A DNA stretch of 31,721 bases, taken from Patescibacteria group bacterium (GTDB taxonomy: Bacteria > Patescibacteriota > Minisyncoccia > Minisyncoccales > JASEJS01). Location: NCBI GenBank assembly GCA_030016765.1, contig JASEJS010000001.1, positions 1 through 31,721 on the forward strand. Reading direction: 5' to 3'. Numbering within the stretch: the first letter of the stretch is position 1; every line of letters starts with the position of its first letter. Below the pieces are notes generated by a model, which did no database searches, was not told the DNA's origin, and was given only the letters and a program-made list of their open reading frames with translations. The position numbers and the translations under genes were made by a program. Positions 25,575-31,721 of this stretch are shown here, piece by piece.

Positions 25575-26282
25575 TTATTTATTTTGACTCAAAATCCAGA
25601 TTTTTTCCAGGGCTTCAGAATACTTTCCAGCCTGATAAAGTTCTTTCGCCTCTTCTAAAATTTTTTGATCTTCTTCAGAAAGGGTTCTTTTTTCTAAGTC
25701 TTCGATGAGGACTTCGGCTGGAGTTTTATATAATCCTTGAACAGAATCGCCTTCTTTTTCAGAATCTATTTTTGTTGCCAAAACTTTTTCTACTTTTTGT
25801 TTATTTTCTTCCAATTTTTTAATTTCAACTACTACCTCTTTAGCTTTTTCAGGTTCTTTTATTTTCTCAAGGCTCTTGGCAGCTTCTGAAACATTAGTTT
25901 GATATTCTTCAACCGCTGCTGGTAATTTCCTTACCTGATTGGTTTCAGCGATTTCTGCCAATTCTTCTAATCTTTTATTAGTTAATTCTAATTGGACTTT
26001 TGGTTTTTCTGCTTCAGGAACAAAAACTGCCTGGCTCTTTTCTGTAATCTTTTTGATTGGATATAAAAAATCACCAGGTAGAGAATTTTGGCTAAAAGCG
26101 AAAAGGCCGAAAAGAATTAAAACACTAATTAAGCCAGCTTTAGCTGGCTTGAAAAACGGGAAAAATAATACTTTTGGCTCCTCACCCAAAATCTGGCTTT
26201 TAGTCAAAGCAACCCAATCTGAGCTGGGCTTAATTTGTCGCAGTTTCCGAATTTTATTAACTAACTCGGCTTCAGTCATCAC
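25575..26282 (-). CDS. DUF5667-type membrane-anchored putative anti-sigma factor
   Basis: N-terminal IRKLRQIKPSSDW, one TM segment, SQNSLPGDFLYPIKKITEK, RLEEL; downstream of an ECF sigma; ATG 26279 possible. Confidence 0.75.
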   Translation of the reverse strand: MMTEAELVNKIRKLRQIKPSSDWVALTKSQILGEEPKVLFFPFFKPAKAGLISVLILFGLFAFSQNSLPGDFLYPIKKITEKSQAVFVPEAEKPKVQLELTNKRLEELAEIAETNQVRKLPAAVEEYQTNVSEAAKSLEKIKEPEKAKEVVVEIKKLEENKQKVEKVLATKIDSEKEGDSVQGLYKTPAEVLIEDLEKRTLSEEDQKILEEAKELYQAGKYSEALEKIWILSQNK

Positions 26283-26341
26283 TATAACTATGACGAAAAA
26301 CTCCCCAAAATATTACACTAATAAAGGAAAAATAAATTCAC

Positions 26342-26371
26342 CAACTTTATCAACGGCCGTTTGCCAAGTTG
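26342..26371. repeat. 30-bp palindromic element, copy 3
   Basis: CAACTT tatc AACGGCCGTT tgcc AAGTTG; symmetry extends to ATTCA...TGAAT (26336-26377). Confidence 0.9.
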
Positions 26372-26407
26372 ATGAATATTTAAAGAGGAATACCTCTACT
26401 CAAACTC

Positions 26408-26450
26408 TACTCGAAACCCGACGTTGAGTATTCGAAACCCGCGTTGAGTA
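26408..26450. repeat. Two overlapping copies of a 22-23 bp hairpin element
   Basis: TACTCGAAACCCGACGTTGAGTA (26408-26430) and TATTCGAAACCCGCGTTGAGTA (26429-26450); partial copy at 26397-26405. Confidence 0.85.
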
Positions 26451-26458
26451 AACTAGGC

Positions 26459-26992
26459 TTAAACATCTTGATTGAGTTTATTTTTTAAAATTTTCAAGGC
26501 TCGATGGAGCATTACCCTCGCTGTCTCTTCGGATTTATTTAACATTTTAGCTATTTCAGAGATAGAAAGGTCGTCTAAGTAGTGCCAAATAATTACATTC
26601 TGATATTCTTCTTTGAGATTAGCCAAAGCGGTTTTAATATTCTCAACCTCTGAGTTTACTGCTGCTTTTTCCTCTAAATTTGTTTTCGGATCAATAATTT
26701 TCACTTGGTCAGCTGAAATTATCTGGGTTTTACCCTTTTTTCGATAATAATCAATAACTAAATTCCGGGCAATTTGATATAAAAAAGCCTGGAGATTTTC
26801 AATTTCTTTTTGATTTTTGATTTTTGATTTTTGATTTTTATAGGCCTCCCAGCCCTTTAAAAAAGTTTCTGAAGTTAAATCTTCAGCTATTTCTTGGGAA
26901 TTGACCTTTAAAAAAATAAAACGATATATTTTATCTATATACTGATCGTAAATTTTGCCAAATTCTTTTCTCCAGCGATTTGTCATAAGCAC
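26459..26992 (-). CDS. ECF-type RNA polymerase sigma factor
   Basis: IYDQYIDKIYRFIFLKVNSQEIAEDLTSETFLKGW, FLYQIARNLVIDYYRK, LSISEIAKMLNKSEETARVMLHRALKIL; ATG 26986 likely. Confidence 0.93.
   Translation of the reverse strand: MLMTNRWRKEFGKIYDQYIDKIYRFIFLKVNSQEIAEDLTSETFLKGWEAYKNQKSKIKNQKEIENLQAFLYQIARNLVIDYYRKKGKTQIISADQVKIIDPKTNLEEKAAVNSEVENIKTALANLKEEYQNVIIWHYLDDLSISEIAKMLNKSEETARVMLHRALKILKNKLNQDV
26807..26834. repeat. Perfect (TTTTTGA)4 array inside the ECF sigma gene
   Basis: Four exact units; encodes KNQKSKIKNQK within sigma region 2. Confidence 0.95.
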
Positions 26993-27022
26993 TCGCCTAA
27001 TTACAACTAAAAATAATTTGAC

Positions 27023-27697
27023 CTAGGACAATGTCCTACCTTTATTCGTAATCGGCTTTGATTCGTAATTTGGAGGAAGCTGATAAAAGGTTTCATTTTT
27101 CTCTCCTATTCTCTCAATTAATCCCTGCTTAACCAATTGCTTAAAGTCTCTTCTCAGAGTTCTTTTAGTTACTTCAGGAAAAATTTCCTTAACTTCCCAA
27201 ATCTGAACTTTGCCTTTCTTTTTTAGAAAATCCAATATTTTCTCTTGCCGAGTATTTTTTTGAATGCCAACTGAGAAATTTCTCTGAAAAGATTCTCCTA
27301 ATCCTTCTTGAGCAAATATCTTCTCTCTTGAGATTTCAGCTACCTCCTTTATTCTCTCTCTATGAAATTTGACCTCATCAAGCTTTTTTAATTCTTTTCT
27401 TATTTTACCATATTCTTCTTGGATCTCAGAAATCTTAGAAGGACTTACCCAATTTTGTTTTTTAGCTAATTCAAAAAAGCTATCAAGAATTTCTAAATTT
27501 TTTGAAATTTCTGGATTTTGCTCTTTATAAAAATTAACTAAAATTTCATCGGCCAATTCCCTCATTTTATATCTCAAAGGCTCCTTTTTAGGGAAAAGCA
27601 AAGTAAGGTGATAAAGATTGTTGGTAAGTTGAATAAGCAACTCCTTATTAAGGAGGGATGGGTTGTTTATTTGGGTGGCGGGTAAATTGGAGTTCAT
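27023..27697 (-). CDS. Four-helix-bundle-like N-terminus fused to DeoR-type winged HTH
   Basis: LIQLTNNLYHLTLLFPKKEPLRYKMRELADEIL...FELAKKQNW; RQEKILDFLKKKGKVQIWEVKEIFPEVTKRTLRRDFKQLVKQGLIERIG. Confidence 0.8.
   Translation of the reverse strand: MNSNLPATQINNPSLLNKELLIQLTNNLYHLTLLFPKKEPLRYKMRELADEILVNFYKEQNPEISKNLEILDSFFELAKKQNWVSPSKISEIQEEYGKIRKELKKLDEVKFHRERIKEVAEISREKIFAQEGLGESFQRNFSVGIQKNTRQEKILDFLKKKGKVQIWEVKEIFPEVTKRTLRRDFKQLVKQGLIERIGEKNETFYQLPPNYESKPITNKGRTLS
27024..27038. promoter_or_regulatory. 15-bp perfect palindrome, candidate operator upstream of the sigma gene
   Basis: TAGGACA-a-TGTCCTA overlapping the last codons of the DeoR-HTH gene. Confidence 0.5.
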
Positions 27698-27701
27698 AAT
27701 T

Positions 27702-30700
27702 TTATTCCCAAGTTAAATCATGGCTGGCAAAAAACTTTAAATCCTCTCCTTCATAATAGATAAAGAGATATCCTTTTTTGGGTTGATTGGTTTTAATTCC
27801 AGAAATTATGGGATAAAAGGACCAGAGAGAATTAGGGAAATTCTGGTCATTAATTGCCTCTAAACTTTCAATTGATTGCCATGCATCTGTATATTTTCTG
27901 AGATAAATATGCCATTTGTCATCTGACTTAGAGAAACGAGAGCAGACTACATAAATATGGCCATTAGCATCTAAGGCAATTGAAGGAAAGGCTATGGTAG
28001 TGTCAATGTCTGATTCCAAAATCTGGTATCTTTCACTCCAAGAATTAGTATACTTTTTATATGAAATATGGCAACCACACTGCTCCTCCCAAACCACATG
28101 CAAATGACCATCCTTATCTATAGCAATTGAAGCTCTAGACCCGTTACCCAATTCTTCAGAGCTTGTGCTTGTTTGCCTCCAATATTTAATTTTAAGTGAA
28201 AGTGACTCACGCCCTACATCACTACACCAAACCAAATGAATATTGTCTTCACTATCAATAGCCATTGAAAAATGACCTATCCCTCTTCCACCACCAACCG
28301 GTAAATCTATTTCCTCAAAATAACTCAAATTGTTGTTATATTTTCGATATCGAGGCTTAGGACAAGGAAAAGAACCTAATTCGTGACTAGAAGAACATAA
28401 TTTTTTATCCACCCAAACCAGGTGGATATTATCAGCAGAATCTAAGGCAATTATCGGACTTTCTTGATCCCAATTCTCATTATCTGTGAGATTTTTAATT
28501 TCCGACCAAGTTCCATTATATCTCCGATAGCGGATTTGATAAGGACCATTAGCTGAAATTTTTCCCATCCAAACTAAATGAAGATTATCATTTGAATCAA
28601 TGGCAATTGAAGGATATATTTGGTTATAGCTGGATTCAGAAGTTATTACTTCTTTTGTCCAACTTTTTCCTTCATCAATTGATTTAGCCAAAAAGACATT
28701 ATATATTCCTTCAATTTGTTTAGCATAAACCACATATAAATTTCCATTTGAGGCCCTAACCATTTTTCTACCCTCGGTTCCAGGCGGTAAAGAGGGATCT
28801 AAGGTAAAGCCACTCTCAATAGTACTAATAGTTGCTGTTTGATAGGAAATAATATCAGAAAGTAAAGAATAATGCCAGCCATCAAAAGCTTCAATGCCAA
28901 AATGATAAGTAGAATTGTAATCAAGGTTAGAAATAGTCAGGGTAGTGGCTGAGGTAGTAGCAGAGAAAGTGGAAGAAGAATTTAAATTATCTTCAGTAAT
29001 CTCCTCTTTTGAATAATAAATTTGGTAAGAGAGATTTTCTGGAGGAGTATCTGGGTCAGTAGTAGTTGACCAAGTTAAAACTACTTTATTATTTTCTGAA
29101 TTTTCCTCATCTATTTTGAAATCAGAAACTTTTTCTGGTCGGAAAATGTCGGCTTTTTCTCCTTTTGAATTTTCCGGCAAGGGAATTTTGAGCTCAAAAT
29201 CAGTTGAATTGTTATCATCATCAATATAAAAACCTTCTTTGTTTTTCTTTCTTTGCAATGATTTTTCGACTAAATCACTTTCCTTAAACAAAAATGAACT
29301 TCCTTCAAAAACTAAAGTACTAGTTGAATTTTCTTCTCTCCAGCTGAAAAGGTCAATTTTGCATCCAATAGCCGCCTCAGTGGTGCTAGCTGAAGGATTG
29401 CAAGAAAAAATGCCAATGGCTCCAGTTTTATTATTTAGATTAGTGGAAACAGAAGGTTGCCAATCTGGTTCGGGATAACCTTCTTCAACTGAGTAATCTT
29501 TTAAACCAATAAGAAAATAAGTTGAGGAAGCTATAGTTGTAGTTGGAAACTGTATATTTATCCGCCAGGGATTATTCCAATCATGCTTCGCCGGAAAATA
29601 ACTCAAATACCAACCGGCAGTAGAAACAGATTGATCAGTTGGATTATAAAGCTCTACAAATTCATTCTTTTTAATTTGAACTTCAGAGATGATTACATTT
29701 TGGGCTAATTGGTGAGCCTTTACTTCAATTGTGCTGGTGGTGGTGCTGGTTGCTCCCTGATTATCTTGCACTACAAGTCGAACCAAATACTCGAAACCCG
29801 ACGTCGAGTAAGAATGAGCAGTTGTGGCCTGAGTAGTAGTGGTGGAATTACCATCGCCGAAATCCCAGATGTAGCCGGTAATGGTTCCATCTCGGTCAAT
29901 AGATGAAGAGGCATCAAAAAAAATTTCATCACCAATAAATGGATTTTGAGGAGAGAAAGTAAAAGAGGCAATCGGCAGTTGATTCTCTGGCTCCACTTTT
30001 GGTTTATTTTTTGCCTTAGGGGTTGGCTCCTGAATTTCAAAATCTTCTCTATTGTTATCAGTATCAATATAACTTTCGCTAGTAGTGGACCATTTTCTGC
30101 CTATACTTTCGCCAGCTTTAGGATTTGAAGTGGTGGCAGTTTCATAATCTTGAGCCTCTCCCCAGCTAACTTTATCAACAACCTCTCCATTTGGATTTTT
30201 TAAGTAAAGAGTATTATCTGAAGTAAGAGGGTGGGTAGTGGTAGCATCAGCTGAAAAGGTAGAGGAGGCATTGGCAATCAGAAAATAATCATGTTTTTTA
30301 ATTATTTTGCCAGAAAATAAATTTTTTGGAGCATAAGAGGAAAAATCGCTACCAGTTTTTGTTTTCCTCTGAAGGTACCAATTAGTCAAATCAACATCTT
30401 CTGAATTTGGATTATAAAGCTCAACAAAATCATCTTTTTCACTGGTCTGGCTTTCAATTTGAATTTCGGAGATTAAAATTTTTAGATAAGAAGGGGTTGG
30501 CGGTTCCTCGGGTGGTGGGGAAGACACTCCCCCTCCGCCACCATAATATTCAACATATCCTCCGCTATTTTCTGCTTTTGGTGTGCCTCCTGGATTAGCG
30601 CTGGTTTGCCAACTCAAATCATTCCTCCTTTCTGCTGTTCTTTTTGAATTATTATCCCCAGCTAGCCAATTAGGAGAGGCTATGACTTCATCTTGAAGCT

Positions 30701-31721
30701 GGCAATTTTCATCAAAAAGATAAAGGGCTTCATCAGTGTTTTTAAGAGAGCCAGTATAAATTAAATCAGCTGCTACTCCCGGCACTGTTTCATCATCGCT
30801 CCTCTCTAAAAGAAAAAACCCATTAGCCAACACCCGATTTTGGCTATTAAAAATTATTTTAATTTGTTGGTCTTTATCTAAAAGTTGCCAACCTGCTAAA
30901 TTGATTTCTGTTCCTGAAATGTTTTTAAGCTCTATCCATTCATTATTAGAGCTTTCTCCTGTTCCCATCCAAGCCACTTCATTAATAATAATTTTATTTC
31001 TAATGGGATAACTTCCGGTTATTCTCTCACAAAATTTCTGTCCTACTTCTTGTCCTACCTCTTCTGACTCCTTTTCTTTCACTGTTTTTTCTGATTCTTC
31101 TGGCTCTGTTTCTTCTTTTCCCTCAGTTTTTGATGTTTCTTCTGAGATAGACGAGGTCGCAGTTTCAACTAATTTAGCCACCTTTGCGCTTAAAATATCA
31201 ACTCTTTCTGAAATATCATCCAGCCTTTCTTGAACTTCCTCTAAGCTAAGAGGTCTCTCCCTTCCTATGCCAGGAGTTTGCGGAGCTTCGACCTTCCCAA
31301 TTTCTTCTATTTTTTCTTCAACTAAAGGCGGCTCCTTCTCTATTTCTGGCGCCTTTTCTTCTATCGCCTTTTCCTTTGGCGCCTCAACCTTCTCTGGCGC
31401 CGGAGCAACCGCAGCCTTAAAAGGATTGAGCTGAAAAAGAACAGATTTTATTTGGGATAAAGCGCTTTCTACCGCATTTTCAACCTCTTGGTTAGCCTTT
31501 TTTACAAACCTCTCTATCTTTTCAATTTGTTTTACTAAATTCTCCCAAGCTAATTTTGCTTTCTCCAAAAGAGATGGTTTGGGCTCCTCTTTGACAAATT
31601 TATGAGTTTTAATAGCTGAAACAAGGGCTATTTTTATTTCTTCCCTGGCTTTTTGCTTACATTCTGCCTTCACTCCACCTGGCTCAATGCATTCACCCCA
31701 TTTCTCCCAAAGCTGAGCAAA
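27702..31721 (-). CDS. Large surface protein: 3 lamin-tail-like domains, PKD, FN3 and C-terminal beta-propeller; 5' end outside window
   Basis: IIINEVAW..EWIEL.N, ILISEIQI..DFVELYNP, VIISEVQI..EFVELYNP; WDFGDG PKD; VVLTWS...YHFGIEA FN3; repeats of SIAIDSxDxxHLVW and SIDEGKSW; frame open past GTG 31673 to window edge (FAQLWEKWGECIEPGG). Confidence 0.88.
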   Translation of the reverse strand, partial: FAQLWEKWGECIEPGGVKAECKQKAREEIKIALVSAIKTHKFVKEEPKPSLLEKAKLAWENLVKQIEKIERFVKKANQEVENAVESALSQIKSVLFQLNPFKAAVAPAPEKVEAPKEKAIEEKAPEIEKEPPLVEEKIEEIGKVEAPQTPGIGRERPLSLEEVQERLDDISERVDILSAKVAKLVETATSSISEETSKTEGKEETEPEESEKTVKEKESEEVGQEVGQKFCERITGSYPIRNKIIINEVAWMGTGESSNNEWIELKNISGTEINLAGWQLLDKDQQIKIIFNSQNRVLANGFFLLERSDDETVPGVAADLIYTGSLKNTDEALYLFDENCQLQDEVIASPNWLAGDNNSKRTAERRNDLSWQTSANPGGTPKAENSGGYVEYYGGGGGVSSPPPEEPPTPSYLKILISEIQIESQTSEKDDFVELYNPNSEDVDLTNWYLQRKTKTGSDFSSYAPKNLFSGKIIKKHDYFLIANASSTFSADATTTHPLTSDNTLYLKNPNGEVVDKVSWGEAQDYETATTSNPKAGESIGRKWSTTSESYIDTDNNREDFEIQEPTPKAKNKPKVEPENQLPIASFTFSPQNPFIGDEIFFDASSSIDRDGTITGYIWDFGDGNSTTTTQATTAHSYSTSGFEYLVRLVVQDNQGATSTTTSTIEVKAHQLAQNVIISEVQIKKNEFVELYNPTDQSVSTAGWYLSYFPAKHDWNNPWRINIQFPTTTIASSTYFLIGLKDYSVEEGYPEPDWQPSVSTNLNNKTGAIGIFSCNPSASTTEAAIGCKIDLFSWREENSTSTLVFEGSSFLFKESDLVEKSLQRKKNKEGFYIDDDNNSTDFELKIPLPENSKGEKADIFRPEKVSDFKIDEENSENNKVVLTWSTTTDPDTPPENLSYQIYYSKEEITEDNLNSSSTFSATTSATTLTISNLDYNSTYHFGIEAFDGWHYSLLSDIISYQTATISTIESGFTLDPSLPPGTEGRKMVRASNGNLYVVYAKQIEGIYNVFLAKSIDEGKSWTKEVITSESSYNQIYPSIAIDSNDNLHLVWMGKISANGPYQIRYRRYNGTWSEIKNLTDNENWDQESPIIALDSADNIHLVWVDKKLCSSSHELGSFPCPKPRYRKYNNNLSYFEEIDLPVGGGRGIGHFSMAIDSEDNIHLVWCSDVGRESLSLKIKYWRQTSTSSEELGNGSRASIAIDKDGHLHVVWEEQCGCHISYKKYTNSWSERYQILESDIDTTIAFPSIALDANGHIYVVCSRFSKSDDKWHIYLRKYTDAWQSIESLEAINDQNFPNSLWSFYPIISGIKTNQPKKGYLFIYYEGEDLKFFASHDLTWE
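29788..29810. repeat. 23-bp hairpin element inside the PKD domain
   Basis: TACTCGAAACCCGACGTCGAGTA, 22/23 identical to 26408..26430; encodes YSTSGFEY. Confidence 0.9.

Noticed and set aside
15155-26371. Palindromes as integron attC sites
   Set aside because: Only 30-42 bp, ends do not fit RYYYAAC/GTTRRRY, and no integrase is present
287-30598. Plus-strand and nested short ORFs in the track (e.g. 287..493, 2436..2708, 17691..17990, 22711..23031, 25213..25518, 25939..26427, 29771..30067)
   Set aside because: They overlap well-supported genes or repeats, have no recognisable motifs, and are expected shadows of codon bias
1-31721. tRNA, rRNA, IS/transposase, alternative genetic code
   Set aside because: No cloverleaf, rRNA-like sequence or transposase motif recognised; TGA terminates genes at ATGA overlaps, consistent with the standard bacterial code

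Overview
AT-rich bacterial region; gene content and style suggest Patescibacteria (CPR, Parcubacteria-like), which is an inference. TGA acts as a stop codon. Every credible gene except one flippase is on the minus strand. Left half (1-15067): surface-glycan locus with four GT4-type glycosyltransferase domains, two SAM methyltransferases, two polysaccharide deacetylases, a DegT-type aminotransferase, a GNAT/FemAB-like protein, three NAD-dependent epimerases, a UDP-sugar dehydrogenase, an HTH regulator, a flippase and a decayed HEPN-MNT pair. Right half (16017-31721): secreted/surface-protein locus (beta-rich filament, M30-like metallopeptidase, 1463-aa S-layer-like protein, lamin-tail/PKD/FN3/propeller protein) with an ECF sigma, a DUF5667 anti-sigma-like gene and a four-helix/DeoR-HTH gene. 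Features not visible in the ORF track: (1) a 30-bp palindrome CAACTT-N4-AACGGCCGTT-N4-AAGTTG in three copies, two bracketing a PaaX-like (Cas2-like fold) gene and one between sigma and anti-sigma; (2) 7-bp tandem arrays and two short hairpin elements sitting in-frame inside proteins, including perfect (7-mer)4 arrays in the ECF sigma and a GT4; (3) a 36-aa GT4 5' stub marking a probable cassette insertion; (4) a GT4-GT4 fusion explainable by one extra base in an ATGA overlap; (5) several single-base frameshifts confined to accessory genes; (6) four apparently leaderless promoters, paired DnaA boxes and a structured leader before the S-layer-like gene. No rRNA, tRNA, CRISPR array, transposase or integrase was recognised.
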